64,000 bases of DNA from Camelus dromedarius (GCF_036321535.1 NC_087438.1:8556001-8620000), one strand, 5' to 3'; counted from the first letter of the stretch, positions 12,561-26,030 are shown. Translations and numbers: made by a program. The notes: generated by a model not told the origin, from the sequence alone.

Positions 12561-13924
12561 TCAGACTGGAATAAACCTGAGCTCTATATGAGTTACTTGC
12601 ACAAGAAACAAAACCAAAATCTCTGCTCTTTAGAGTCAAACCAAAGTGGAAACACGATTATGGGAACCCCTTTAATATTATGTAAGATGGTTTATTCTCA
12701 AATTTATCAAATTCCCAAACAATCCATTTATACAGTTGAAATTACAGTGATAAAGCCACGTCCAGTTAGTTGATTTGAGAATGTGCGTTTTAAAATGTCC
12801 ACATCCTTTTTTAGATATCTGTACTTAAACATCACCCCCATGATGTCTAAGCCCTACCAACAGCAGGGTTGGACTCCTAAATTCTAAAGTTCACTCTAAA
12901 CATTAAAAACATATGTGTTCGTATTTCAATGTTCTCTACTCTCGTATGATTCATTTAAATTGTCTATAAGAAAACAGATACAGAAATGAGCTCCCCTATG
13001 GAGGAGATTTCTGAAGAGCCCAAGATAAGGACAAGCCAGCCATATCAAGGTGTGACGTTCCGTCAAGACGTTTGTGAAGGCACGTGCAGCAGATGCAAAG
13101 GCACAGGGGCAGCAACATACTTGATCTGTGAGGGAAACGGAGATGCATGTGTACATGGGGGGCAGCAGTCAGGGAAGCATGTCCTTGCCTGCCACAGAAA
13201 AGGGACTCTTCCTGGTGCGTGGAATTGCCGGGGAGGATGGTGCAAAGAAGAATCCTATGATCCGATTACCCTTTGCCAGTGAGTTTATACTTATGTTCTA
13301 ATGAGTAATGCAAATCTTGTCAACCGGACCCAGAATAACATATAATAAAAGCTCTTGACTCATAAGAGTATCTTTAGAGTCAATAAACATAAGAACTAAT
13401 ATACACGTAAGTATAGGTTAACACACTTAGTGTCATATTCAGTAAATCCGAGCTAAGCCACATATGTGCGTATTTAATCACTGACTACCTATGCTGTTCA
13501 AGAAAGAACATCATCTCCATTCAAGGGAAATGACGCCAGTCAGCTCTCTTACGTGTTTTGACATAGTACATAAGCGCGTAGGAAAAGGAAGAAGACACAC
13601 TGTAACGGATTACAGCTTCAACATAAACCTTCCACGTGGGCTCCATAGAAGGCTGCCAAGGCCCTTCTACTCATGGCCAGCACAAGGCTGGAGGGCACAG
13701 AACTTTCTGATGGGACACACGTGGATTCCTGAGGAACACGTGTTTGCTTGGGGCCCACACCAAGTCTGGGACTCCCTGTGGCTTGCTCTGGGTGGCTGGA
13801 CTTACAGCCTCAAAACAATGTGACAATGAAATTACAGACACTGTGGCTCAAACCCAGCTATGCACCCTTGTCTAAAGCAACTTTATACAAGATGTGCTCC
13901 TGCTTGTTGCCCACTCATGTCTCC

Positions 13925-14165
13925 CTCAATTTTTTTTTCATATTCCTTTTCATTATAGGCCATTACAAGGTATTGAATACAGTTCCCTGTGCTACACAGA
14001 AGGACCTTGTTGTTTACCTATTTCATACGTAGTAGTGTGTATCTACAAATCCCGAACTCCCAATTTATCTCTCCCCATCCACCCTTTGCTCCCTGGTAAC
14101 CATAAGTTTCTTTTCTATGTCTGTGTATCTGTCTCTGTTTTGCAAATAAGTTCATTTGTCTCCCT
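13925..14165 (-). mobile_element. L1 3'UTR fragment
   Basis: ttgaatacagttccctgtgctacacagaaggaccttgttgtttacct...ggtaaccataagttt...tctgttttgcaaataagttcatttgt. Confidence 0.85.
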
Positions 14166-14304
14166 TCAATTTTAATTAGATCTTCCTTATTACTAATTTA
14201 TCCATAAAAGCCTTCTTAAACGTTTTCTAGAACAAGCCTGGATACTATATAATAATGACATAAACAGGTGACATGGTTGGTTTTACTGAATACTTCCCTA
14301 CAAT

Positions 14305-14828
14305 TGTAACAGGGAAGAACAAATCTGACTCTGTACTGGATCTGTTTCTTTTACTTTAACCTTTGCATTCTATGGCTTTTGCTACAAGTTAATCACTAAA
14401 GGGGGGTTGGGTTGCCTATAGCTTGAAGTGTATGTAATCGCCCATCTCCAGGAACCCTGTCTCCCAAGCCTGAGTGTTAAGCCAAAATATCTTTACTTCA
14501 GTTCACAGGACACATCTTGACCAGGGACACCTGTAAATGACTGCAGGAAAGAAAAAATTAACACATCCCCTCTGGAGTCTGGCCAGAACCAGGACATATT
14601 TGCAACAACTTCACACTTTTTTCACTTTACCTCCTCACCTCCTGCTCTTTGCTCTATAAAACACACTAGCATCCCAACCCAGGCAAGGTGATTCTTTGAG
14701 ACACTAGTCCACCATCTTCTTGATTTGCTGGCTTTCTGAATAAAGTCACTATTCCTTGCCCCAACAGCTTGTTTCTCAATTTATTGGACTGTCGTGCAGT
14801 GAGCAGTACTATCTTGGACTCAGTAACA
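14305..14828 (+). mobile_element. Solo ERV (class I-like) LTR
   Basis: TG...CA termini (tgtaaca...gtaaca), TATAAAA 14655-14661, AATAAA 14739-14744 followed by a U5-like segment. TSD degraded; family not identified. Confidence 0.7.
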
Positions 14829-15789
14829 CGGTGACGTCAACGCAGATGCCCACAAAGCAATCCCCACAATCCTACAGGTAGTTAAATACACAGTTGACAG
14901 AATGGAGTGAGGGGACTGACACTTGTGTGACAGTGAAAACCTGAAGTGTTTGTAGAGAGAATAAACCCAGAGTTGCAAGTGTAAGGTTTCAATACAAAAA
15001 ATAAAATATCAAAATGTGTCCTATTTTTCTCATCTTACCTACTAGCAGGCCTCTACAGGAATTCTGTATCCAGTTTCTTGATCTATTTAGCATGGATGCC
15101 TGTTCTTAGCTTCAAAGCATTAATTTCGCTGTGCCTGTCCACCCTTCTTGCTGCCAGCTTGATCAAATAACAATAAAAGAAAAACAGCAGAGCAGCAACA
15201 GTAACAATGGCTGATACTCCAGCAAGCTTAGTTGCATACGCTGCCCTCTGGGTTAAATGCTTTACAAACCCTGCCTTGTTTATTTGAAACACTTAATGAA
15301 GCAGACTCAGTGATGGTCTCCGTTTCACAGTTAAGACTTGAGTGTCTCCAAGGTTACAAAGCTAATCGGTGTTGGAATCCAGCCTGACCCCAGACCCACA
15401 CTCTGGACCCCTGCAAGAGTATCTCCCTTAGGACTGTCTGCTCAGACGCAGCCCAAGCTCCACGCCGGTATGGAATCTTCACATTCCTTTAGCACGGAAG
15501 TCTCCTCCCGACAAGTAACTGAAGCAGTTCATTTCTGTGCCATAGGTATTATACTTGACCCACGGGGCGGGGTACTGTAGTTCATGCTATCTCTGCATGA
15601 GTTAAGTCCCACATGTATATCTTCCTACAGCTACAAGTCCGGAAAAACAAAAGAGAAAAAGATGTACCAAACAACAATGACAATAATAATCAATACGTCT
15701 TCCTATCAGTCATCAGATCCAGTGACCATTCATGGAATTATTACAGGAAGAATAAATTACCAGTTCCCAGAAGAAATCAAGTTCTCACA

Positions 15790-16180
15790 CGACCTGGCCC
15801 CCTCCACATCTCTACATAGACCTGGAAGGTGTCCACTGGTTCCCATCACTGGCCTTCTTTCAATTCACAGAAAGGTCCATGCATTTTCTTGCCCCAGGGT
15901 CTTTGCACATGCTCTCCTCCCAGAAGTCTCTATCTCCCACTCTTACCCTTGATAACTACTGCTCATTCTGTAGACGCACCTATATGTCTGTTCCTTAAGT
16001 GCGCCTCATACAACACCAGCCTTTGTCCAATATTCTCTTTCCCAGCATCCTGCTTTTTTCCCCACTTTGCCTTTATCTCAGCAGCAAACCTGCCTCCCCT
16101 TAAGACCAAGCACCATGAGGGCAGATGGTATAACTATTTTGTATTAAATACTCTGTCCTCAATATCTTCCCTTACCACAG
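15790..16180 (+). mobile_element. L2 3'-region remnant
   Basis: gacctggcccc...cactggccttctttcaattc...ccagggtctttgcacatgct... typical of the L2a 3' region. Confidence 0.6.
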
Positions 16181-17689
16181 TATAAGCACAATGTAGTTAC
16201 TACCAGAAACAGACAGGCAGATTCTCCCCAAGTCTTTTATTTGCCATCTATGCAAGGAATTATCACAATAAGAAAAAAAAAATTAGTGTAGTTTAAATTG
16301 TACCTCTATATTTATGCAGAAGTCAATCATGCATTGGTTCATCTTATGAATCAAAATCAATCAGGTTAAATCTCGAAACTTTTTCTAACTCAACTGGTTT
16401 ATGCTATGATAAAAAATGTAAAAACTCAACAACTTTGTTGGACAGTAAATTTGAGGTGCAGCTTCATTCAGAAGCTGGACTCCGCTTTATACATCCTGGG
16501 TTTCTAATCTGCTAGGAAATGCCCGAGGAACAGTGGTTCTCTCAGTATTTCAGCACCTCCACTTCAATTTCCCACGAAAATAGAAACTGCAGAAGTACTG
16601 AGAATGAAAAAAATTGCTACTTCTTGCAACCAATTCTGGCTGTAAAGCTTACTTTTTAAGCAGTGTTCTTCCTCTACTGTATTTGCTCACTCACACTGGC
16701 ATTAACCAGCAAGTGATTTCATTAAGTATTCTACAGTACTGGGGTTCTTCTGAATCCTTACAGAATATGAATGCATAGATGGTGTATTCGTAATAATACA
16801 CAATTTTTTTTTACACAGGGATGTTTTGTAACCAAGATTTACTGGCTATAAAAATGTTTTCATCTAATGTTCGATTCTTCTGTTGAGAAGCATTATATAT
16901 TCTAAACAAAACAGCACTCACACTTCCTTCTCTGCAACTGCTTTCTGCAGATTTACTAATGTTTCAACCACTCATCAATCATGTAATTACCTTTACTGGG
17001 CAATTCCATTCTCAGCGAATTTTAGAGAACGGCTGTGAATGCTATTGTTTTAAAAATAACATTCCGCAGCATTTCAAAAGACACATGATCAGTAATCAGT
17101 TTAACAAGAGGTGTATAACCAATTCTTTTTCAGAACTAAGTACTTTTAAGGTCATCTGTAAATTTTACTGTTTTAGAATTTAAATTGGATTTCTGGTAAC
17201 TATATATAAAATTCTATGATGCATATAAGGTGCGCTCCGTTTACACAATACGAAAAAGTAGAAAACATACATAACTTTACTGCTTGTAACAATTACATCC
17301 TATGGAAGCCAGAGGTCAGTAGGTTGTTTTTTATTTTTTTTAACAAGTGCTATGGTTTACCTTATAACACATTTATAAAGAAGCTAACCAGGTAATTTAG
17401 GTATCAATTAAATTTTTAATTTGGTTTAGTTCAAGCAGTAACCTCACCTACGGTGACGTGACATTTAAATATAATAGTTCTTGAAGAAGACTGGCAAATC
17501 CCATTAATCCAAGATCTCATGTAAAACATTACATCCCCGTAAGTATTGTAAATATGGAGCACAGCACAAAGTCTGCCTAAATTTTCCTGTAAGAGTAGAA
17601 TTTCTCTCTCAACAAAACGTAAGTTTTTTTTTTACTGATAAAGTTTAAAGACAGTGTCTTCAGAAATCTCTCCACTGCAAATCACAATC

Positions 17690-17828
17690 NNNNNNNNNNN
17701 NNNNNNNNNNNNNNNNNNNNNNNNNNNNNNNNNNNNNNNNNNNNNNNNNNNNNNNNNNNNNNNNNNNNNNNNNNNNNNNNNNNNNNNNNNNNNNNNNNNN
17801 NNNNNNNNNNNNNNNNNNNNNNNNNNNN
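17690..17828. other. Assembly gap (139 N)
   Basis: Run of N. Confidence 1.
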
Positions 17829-17865
17829 TCATATCAATTATAAGTAGAATCTTTAAAAAAAAAAA

Positions 17866-18135
17866 AAGGACACAAATGAACTTATCTACAAAACAGAAAC
17901 AGACTCACAGATATAGAGAACAAATTTATAGTTACCAGGGGGTAAAGGGGGTGGAAAAGGATAAACTGGGAGTTCGAAATTTGTACCTCTTGGGAAGGGA
18001 TGGAAACGTTAGCTATCTTGATCGTGGTAGTGGTTTCACTGGTGTCTACATGAATCAAAATTCATCAAAGTGTGCATCTGAAATCTGTGTAGTTTACAGG
18101 TATCACACCACAATAAAGGTGTTTAAAAAAAAGTT
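17866..18135 (+). mobile_element. Composite L1 3' fragments (younger artiodactyl-type joined to older L1MB/MC-type end)
   Basis: acacaaatgaacttatctacaaaacagaaacagactcacaga...gttaccagggg then ggatggaaacgtt..ctatcttgatcgtggtagtggtttcac...caataaag. Confidence 0.7.
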
Positions 18136-18324
18136 TTAATGAATTACCTTCTAATCCTAAAAGGCGACATTCTGAAGAGTTACTAAAAATATAAGAATCA
18201 TATTCCTGCTACTTCCTGTTCTTTCTCACTCCCCACCCTTCTGCCCAAAAGGAGACTTCATTTTATCATAATTATCGGAACAGTGTTCCTTGGTTACACT
18301 TCAATCCATTCCCTTTGACAAGGC

Positions 18325-18443
18325 CAACTCTCCAATTTTTAGTCTCCTTAATGGTTCTGAAACTCCTTTATATTTATTATCAGTCCATTTTCTAATACAC
18401 AGAAGGTGATACAAACAAGGCTGATGTTAAATTGAATATCAAA
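18325..18443 (+). repeat. Local diverged direct repeat, copy A (copy B at 19227-19346)
   Basis: Shares exact 29-mer ctccttaatggttctgaaactcctttata and 25-mer agaaggtgatacaaacaaggctgat with copy B. Confidence 0.9.
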
Positions 18444-19226
18444 ATTGAATACAAATGAAGTAGAGCGAATATCATTTGAAGACACAGGCCAAAAAAAAAA
18501 AAAAAGTCTTCTCTATCCCATTCAAAAGAAAAATTCGGGCTAAAATATGAAGACTAGTTAGACGTCAAGGCTCAGTTGTGCAACTCAGACATGATACGGA
18601 AGCTCTGTATTGTCCATCACTCCCGATTTTAGCAATGCAACCTAATTCTATCTATTTTCACATTTCTTCTTTAACCCTGAAACTGACAAAAAAAAAAGTT
18701 CACATGTTTAAAATGTATCTTTCTAATGAAGTTGAACAGTTTATCTTAAAAAGAATAGATTATATATTGATGTCCAGGCACATTCTTCATGGTACCCAGC
18801 ACACTGTTAGGCAAATAAATATTCAATAATAAAACTGTTGATTGCCAAACACTTGATGTTTCTTAGCCTAAATGGTATATCCTGGAAAATATTCTCTTTC
18901 AGAGACTGAGAGCTGTCGATCTCAAAGGATTTTACTCAATGGGAATAAATCAAATTATGGAGCCAGACCTATCACAGCAGGATCCCAAGCACAATGGCCT
19001 TCCTAGCTTCCAAACCAATTATTTTTCACCGGTAAAAGCATTACATGGAAGGATACTACCATGGACAATGGAATTATTAAAAACTTCCAGCAGTAAATTC
19101 AATTATAAGGACAATAGGCGCTTGTGAATGTGTCACAGGGCGAAGCAGGAGGGAGGGAAGCTCTTTCTTTCTAGCGCTGATTTTTTATGAAAATAATAAA
19201 ATCTGAGCACTGGAAGCTCAACTTAA

Positions 19227-19346
19227 CAACTGCTCCGATTTTTAGCCTCCTTAATGGTTCTGAAACTCCTTTATAAATACCGTCAGTCCATTTTTTAAAA
19301 CTTAGAAGGTGATACAAACAAGGCTGATACTAAATTGAACATCAAA
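19227..19346 (+). repeat. Local diverged direct repeat, copy B
   Basis: About 15 differences over ~120 aligned nt versus copy A (manual count). Confidence 0.9.
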
Positions 19347-20279
19347 GAGCTAGAAGTACATTGTCAGCATAAAATTGTAATCACCATCCATACTTCGCTT
19401 CTTCCATCAAAGCACCACTTCCGTCCAAACTAAATCTGAGAATATTATAATCACATCTCTGACGGCAACATATTACATAGACGATAACACACAATGAATG
19501 ATAGTCTTATTTACAGTTGTCTGGGACAAAAGATGGTTTTACATTTCCAAATTCTAGAATTGCCTCCAACATTCTCTAAGAAACAGGAATGATGATTATC
19601 TGAGATCACAGAAGTACACCGAGGGCTAACATCCACTTATCTAACGTCTAACGTGTGGTCCACATAGATCAGAACTCTGATTTTTTTCCATAGTTTGCGT
19701 CTTCTGCATTGGTTCACCATAACTGGATCATAAATGCTGGCTATTTTTTATTGCACTGCTTAGGTCAGCATTTCCACCTCTTAGTTATTCCTTGACTTGA
19801 TTTGCCTTCATGAATCACAGGAAGACATTCCTCCCAAATGAAGGGTATGGCCCCAAGAGCTGACACCACCACCAAGGGCCTTTGATGACATTCAGCTCAG
19901 GAAAAAAAGATTTAGTCCACAGAAGCAAACAGTCATTTAATTTTAAAGTCAGACAAGTGATGCTGCCCTTCTTCACAATGTCTACCGTAGTCATATGGTA
20001 GAAACCATCACTGCGCTACCAAGAAATGGAGTGCAGCCATGGCGAACACAGGCAGAGCACTGCACTTTTGGATATTACAAATCCTCTAAATATGATTCAT
20101 GGGAAACAAATATGTCAATCTTATAACCAGGAAAAGTTGAAAGTTTATCTAAAAGTGCATTTTTTCTTCCCTGCAATGAGAGCTCAGCTTACGGGACTCA
20201 GCCCCTTCTTGGCCGTCTGGCAGACCTGGCACTGGCACTCGGGCCCTCTCCTAGATCCGCCATGCACCCACACAGTCTT

Positions 20280-20490
20280 CAGCAGTTTCTCAACTACGGG
20301 ACTACTAACCTCTTGGTCAGATAACGCCTTGCTGTGGGGTTGGGGGCCCTCCTGTGCACTGAAGAATGTTAACAGCATCCCTTGACTTTATAAACTAGAT
20401 GCCAGTGGCTCCACCCCACCTGCCCTAGTTGTGACAAACATCTCCAGTCAGTGCCAAGTGTCAACTGGGGGCAAAATCATCCCCAGATGA
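20280..20490. mobile_element. MER20 hAT-Charlie element
   Basis: cctgtgcactgaagaatgttaacagcatccc...ctagatgccagtggc...gttgtgacaa...gggggcaaaatc. Confidence 0.85.
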
Positions 20491-20659
20491 CAAGGGAAAT
20501 TTACCAATAACTTCAGAGAGAAAGGGAGACAGAGGGGTATTATACTCATCCACTTCTTCAGCCTCTGATAAAGTGAACAAACTCCTGCTATGATTGAGAT
20601 AAACGGCTACTAACAGGGACAAGAGTCGAGGCAGATGTCCACTTCCAGATGCAAGCACC

Positions 20660-21155
20660 ACGGGAGGCAAGGCGCCAGCGCTCGGAGATGTCTGTGCCCT
20701 GATCCCCGCCACCGGTGTGTTTTCTGTCTCATGCAAAATGCAGTTAAGGTTGCAGGTAGGACTGCGGTTGCTAATCAGCTGACCTTAAAATAGGGAGAGT
20801 ATCCTGGACTATCCCAGTGAACTCATAAGGGTCCTAAAAAGTGAACCAAGGAGGCAGAAGAGGAGGCTGAGGGGATGTCACATGAGAAGGACTCCCCCTC
20901 CCATTGCTGGATTTGAAGCTGGAGGAAGGGGCTACAAGCCAGAGAATGCAGGCGGCCCCCAGAAGCCAGAGGGGCAAGAAACGGTCTCCCCTAGAGCCTC
21001 CAAGAGGAACACAGCCCTACTGACACCTTGATCTTAGTTTAGCCCAGGAGATCCAGACCACACTTCTAAGCCAAGAACTGCCAGAGAAGAGATGTGTTGC
21101 TTTAAGCCACTCAAGTTCCGGCAACCTGTTACAGCATAGACAGCAAGCTGCTACA
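20660..21155 (+). mobile_element. MLT1D-like MaLR LTR
   Basis: gttgctaatcagctgaccttaaaatagggagagtatcctgga...ctcccctagagcctcc...ctgacaccttgat...tttaagccact...tgttacagca. Confidence 0.85.
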
Positions 21156-23495
21156 GTCAGCCCTAACCCACCGAGCCTGCGGGGACGCAGCCCTTGGCTC
21201 CGGGGAAGCCTTAGCAAGTCAACCAGCAGGAATGTTCGGTGGAAGGTGACCACATCTCAACAGCATGGGCCACAGTTGATCACCTGTGACAACCAGGAGG
21301 CCCGAGCTGATGTCTGGGATACGGGAAACGAGAAAAAAAAAGCCCGTCTCAGAGATGCATGGGGAGGATTTAGGGACATTTTGTACATAAGGTGTGCTGT
21401 ACAGTGCCTGGCACGCTCAAGTGCTAAGTAAATGTTTACCATGGATATTCGACTGCACTTGCCCTGTGGACAGATGGAAATGCTTTGGCCACAAAGGGAT
21501 CATATTTCCTGGGCCAGCCTGGTACTAAGCTACACTTCTGCTCATGCGAAATGCGCAGGGAGAGAGAGAGACCACGTGCCATTAGGCCTCTCTCCGATTC
21601 CTCAGAATGATCAATAACTGCGTGCTGCTCTGTGCAGTCCCGATCCATACACGATTCCAGTCATCATGAACTCACTCCAAGTCGTTGCCTCCCTGACACC
21701 TTATCAGGAGCAGCAGATAAGCAGTAACCATTTTCCTGGCTATCTGCGAGCACCTCTATCATTGTGACAGACGCTTGACGTGGCATTCTATTTTCCCTGC
21801 CCAGCCTCGCTTTAATATCACAAGCTTGCACGTCATTGAGATTCAAGCTCGCATCTGAACGCCTTCTAGACTGTCAAGGCATAATGACCTTGCCGAGAAT
21901 GCCCAGCTGGTTAACTGATGCCAAATATCCGGTGAAGCCAGGGATCGTTTCAGCAAATGAAGTTACCCCAGAGAAGCAAGCACTTGTGAGAGGCTGCAGT
22001 GATAATTTTACGTCATGCTGATTCTAGCCAGGAGAACTGCCCCTTCGCTCAGACTCTGTACTGATCTCAGAAAGAAACGTCCACTAATTATTTGAGGCAA
22101 GAAATAATTGCTGTTTCTGTTTTTATTTGGGAGGAGAAAATACAGAATCACAGAAGACATTACAGACGAAGAGGAACATCTCAGATTACTATAATCAGCC
22201 AATCGGAACTTTAATGATTGTTTAAGATTTTCTCTCTCCTCCTCCATAGAGGTGGCAGTTCTGTTCCAGCAACGGGATGCTCTGTCGCGCCAGCAGGAAA
22301 CTTAGAGGTTACTGTTAGAGAGATGAACAGTCATCACTTTTAGAATTATCGTGTATCAGAGCTGAGAGTAACTTGAAAGACCGATCACTTTTGCCCTCGG
22401 TCAGACGGGGAGAGTCCTCATTTACTCACTCATTTAACAATAATATCTATGCTCTAGAAGGCCTGTACAGGTCTCGGATGGTCAAACTCGGACCCCTGCA
22501 TCGCTCAGCAAGTCAGTGGCAGAGTCATGACCCTAAGCCGGAACAATCAATATGCCTATTAAAATGCCAGCTTACACTGTAACCAAGGAAAATACTCTGC
22601 TATTCACAACCTGTAAGAATATATTAAAAACAGAAGTAGAATCTACACAGAGCTGGAGATACAAACTTTCTTCTTTTTTCATGCCACAGGCAGGGCCTCA
22701 GTGTCACTTTTGATCATCCAAGAGAAACTAGCCGTGCAGAAGGAGGGACAGCAGGCACAGAGTCCCAGTGTGCGGACTGGCTGTGACACGGATGACCACG
22801 TGTGACCTCTGGCAAGTCGCTCCCCCATTCTTATCCTCATCCTTCTCGCTGACATTATAGATAGATTCTCCATGCTCACAGGGTCCCTGGATAGTTTCAC
22901 TGGGTTTTTATAGTTTCAAACTCTGATAGCTTCACATTTATGAGCAATGACTAGGATGAACCTCCATTTTAGTCAGTTTTCACCGTAAAATGGAAAGTGT
23001 ATCCTATGATTCATGTCAAGACCTGCCATGCTGTTCCGTGCACCATCACAGAGAACTGGGTTCCAGGCAGAGAGACGATGCTGGTATAAACCCTAACAAA
23101 TAAACAAAGGCTCGACGCCAAGTGCAGGCACAGCCACAGTGAGATGGGATGCCTGCGTGGCAGGTGCTCCTGGGCCCCCTCACAGCCACTCTCCCTGCGG
23201 GGCTGCTGTTCTACCACACTGACCACAACTAAGATGTGGGGCTGGACTCCGCATCAGGACAGCCTTCGTGTGTTCCTGTGTGATCTGATTTTGGTGTGAA
23301 TTCCCACCTCAGGGTAGTCACACACGGGAACCGTTAACATTAGGACAGAGGACCAGTTCAAGTGAGGGATGAAACCCATATAAACTGAAAAAATCAAACT
23401 AATAGGGCCTTTGATGTTAAATAACTGGATAGTCAGAGTCAAGAAGTCCATGGAATCCATCTGTTCTTTGAAAGCATCCAATTCAAGAATGACAA

Positions 23496-23635
23496 NNNNN
23501 NNNNNNNNNNNNNNNNNNNNNNNNNNNNNNNNNNNNNNNNNNNNNNNNNNNNNNNNNNNNNNNNNNNNNNNNNNNNNNNNNNNNNNNNNNNNNNNNNNNN
23601 NNNNNNNNNNNNNNNNNNNNNNNNNNNNNNNNNNN
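23496..23635. other. Assembly gap (140 N)
   Basis: Run of N. Confidence 1.
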
Positions 23636-24316
23636 ACGCCCATTAGGATGGCTACAATTTTTTTTTTAATGGAAAGTAAGTGTTGGAGAGAACGTCAAGA
23701 AATGTTACTCCTCATGCAACACTGGTGGGAACGTAAAACGGTGTGACTACCATGGAAAACACAGAGCAGTTCCTCCAAAAGAAACAGAACTGCCAAATGA
23801 TCCAGCAATTCCACACCTAGTACAGACCCAAAGGGCCCGAATGAAAGGACTTCCTCGTAGAGATTTACCCCTGTGTCACCGCAACATTATTCACAACAGC
23901 CAAAAGGTGCCAACAGCCCAAGTGTCCACCAACAGACAAATGAATAAACAAAATACGGTCTACACATGTAAAGGAATATTCAGCAATGCACATCATGCTA
24001 CATGAGACAAGGCAGACACAAACGGACGGACACTGTATGATTCCACTTGCAGACTGACTGTGCCTAGAATAGCCAAGTTCACAGAGACAGGAAGTAGGAT
24101 GGCTGCTGGTGGCGGGGCCGGCGGGGAGGCAGGGGATGAGGGTCATTGTTTCACTGGTACTGAACTTCTCTTCGGAAGGAAGAAAAAGTTCTGAAAACAG
24201 ATAGCACTCATAGTCCTACAGCACTGCGAATGGACAGAATGCCATTTTAACTGCAGATTTTAAAATAGTTTAAAAGGTAGATTTTTATATTATGTATGTG
24301 TGGCCACAATAGAAAA
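23636..24316 (+). mobile_element. L1MB-like LINE 3' portion (ORF2 end and 3'UTR)
   Basis: cccattaggatggcta...ctggtgggaacgtaaaacggtg...atgatccagcaattccacacctag...ttattcacaacagccaaaaggt...tgtatgattccact. Confidence 0.8.
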
Positions 24317-24739
24317 GTATTTTTTAAAAGGCTTTTGCTCAAGAGGTGCGCCACAGGGTGACGAGACAAAGCAATCTGGGCCAGCTGCAAGCATATACCT
24401 TTTTCTAGTGCTGAAATAGAGATACAGAGGTATTAGAAACAAAACGAGGAAAAAAATAAGGAAATAGGCTACATAGTCGAATTCCTTTGACACAGCCCTT
24501 AATCGGCATTAAGTATCTCAGGATGCCAGGACTTGGGGATCGCTGGGGAGACCTTGCCGGGGCCTGAGACCACCTGGCAGGTGCTCACAGGCAGAATGAC
24601 TGTGAGTGGAAAAGAGGTCACGGTCGAGTTCACCACAACTATCATGACGGCCCCGGTGAGAAAGTCAGAGAGGAAAATGTGGAGCTGCTGGGGTGGGGGT
24701 GTGGGGGGGGTCCAGTAAAAGCCTCCTTTGATCCACATC

Positions 24740-24950
24740 GCGGTTCTCATCCACGGGTGACCCCTCAGCCCGACCCCCGGGGGGACACTTGGCAAACTCG
24801 AGGGGCACGGCTGTGACCACCGGGGGGTGGGCACTACTGGCATCTGGTGCGCAGAGGCCAGGGACGGCGCTAAACATCCCACCGCGCACAGGACGGCTCT
24901 TGGCACCCGAGAGCTATCCGGCCCGGAACGCCACTGGGGCTGAGCGCGGA
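24740..24950. mobile_element. MER20 copy (unusually GC/CpG-rich; opposite orientation to the other two copies)
   Basis: ggttctcatcc...ggggacacttggcaa...ctactggcatctggtg.gcagaggccaggga..gcgctaaacatcc...gcacaggacggc...tatccggccc. Confidence 0.8.
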
Positions 24951-25477
24951 CATGCTGCTCCGTGAGAAAGCTGGCCCCGCTCAGTGACCAGTCCAGCCGT
25001 TACAGTGGAAAGACAGTGACACTGGAGATGTGGAGGCAGAGGCACTGCAGACCCAGGTCTGCTAAGCGCAAACATGCTTTTGCAAAGTTCCCTGACTTCC
25101 GTAAACTCATGACAAAGAAAGCTGCCTGAGCTCAATTCCTTGTAAAAAAGGAGGTGCTGAAACCACCTCAAGTGCGAGGCTGGCTCTGGCAGGACAGACC
25201 AAGAAACCCGGCCATCCCTGCCTCTCTGAGGAGCAGGGGACGCTTCCCTGCCTGTGCGCCCCTACCCCTCCCCTGATTCCATTTGGTCATGGAGAGCCGG
25301 GCCCAGGACATGCTGGGGAAAGACCAGGCAGGAAAATGGAAGCTGGGGCCAGGGGGGGAACTCGCAAAAATTCCATATCAGGGACAGAGGTCACATTTAC
25401 AACTGCCATATCAAGCCATCGACTTGTGGAAAACCAACCTTTGGTCTAGACGCAGGAATGAGGTTTCCATCTAAGCC

Positions 25478-25835
25478 ACCTACAATGGACGGAAAGTTTG
25501 CGTCCCCCCAAAATGCACATGTTGAAATCCTGACTTCTAATGTGATGGTATTTGGAGGTGGGACCTTTAGGAGATAATTAGGGCAACTGAGGGTGGAGAT
25601 GTCATGAACGGGGCTTATAAAAGACACCCCAGAGAGCCCCCTCACCGCTTTGGCCATGTGAGAACAGAGCAAAAAGGTGGCCATCTGTGAATCAGGAAAC
25701 TAGCTATCATCAGACACAGGATCTGCTAGCACCTTGATCTTAAACTTGCCAACCTCCAGAACTGTGAGGAACAAATGTCTGTTCCTTAAGCCACCCTGTT
25801 GATGGTAATTTGCTACAGCAGCCTGAACACTGAGC
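25478..25835 (+). mobile_element. MLT1A0-like MaLR LTR
   Basis: tttgcgtcccccc aaaatgcacatgttgaaatcct...atgtgatggtatttggaggtggg...gcaccttgatctt..acttgcc..cctccagaactgtgag. Confidence 0.85.
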
Positions 25836-25889
25836 CACCACCTCCCGTGTGTATATAGCTTGGTCTGTAGCAGACATCACACAGAGGCA

Positions 25890-26030
25890 GACACACTGCT
25901 TAACCTCTCCGTGCCTCAGTTTCCTCATCTGTAAAATGGACAAAATTACTACCTACTTCATAGGTTGTTACAGGGATTCAGGGAGTTAATTATGTGTCAG
26001 AATAATACCTGGTACATCAAAAGTGCTACA
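25890..26030 (+). mobile_element. MIR SINE
   Basis: cttaacctctccgtgcctcagtttcctcatctgtaaaatgg core. Confidence 0.85.
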
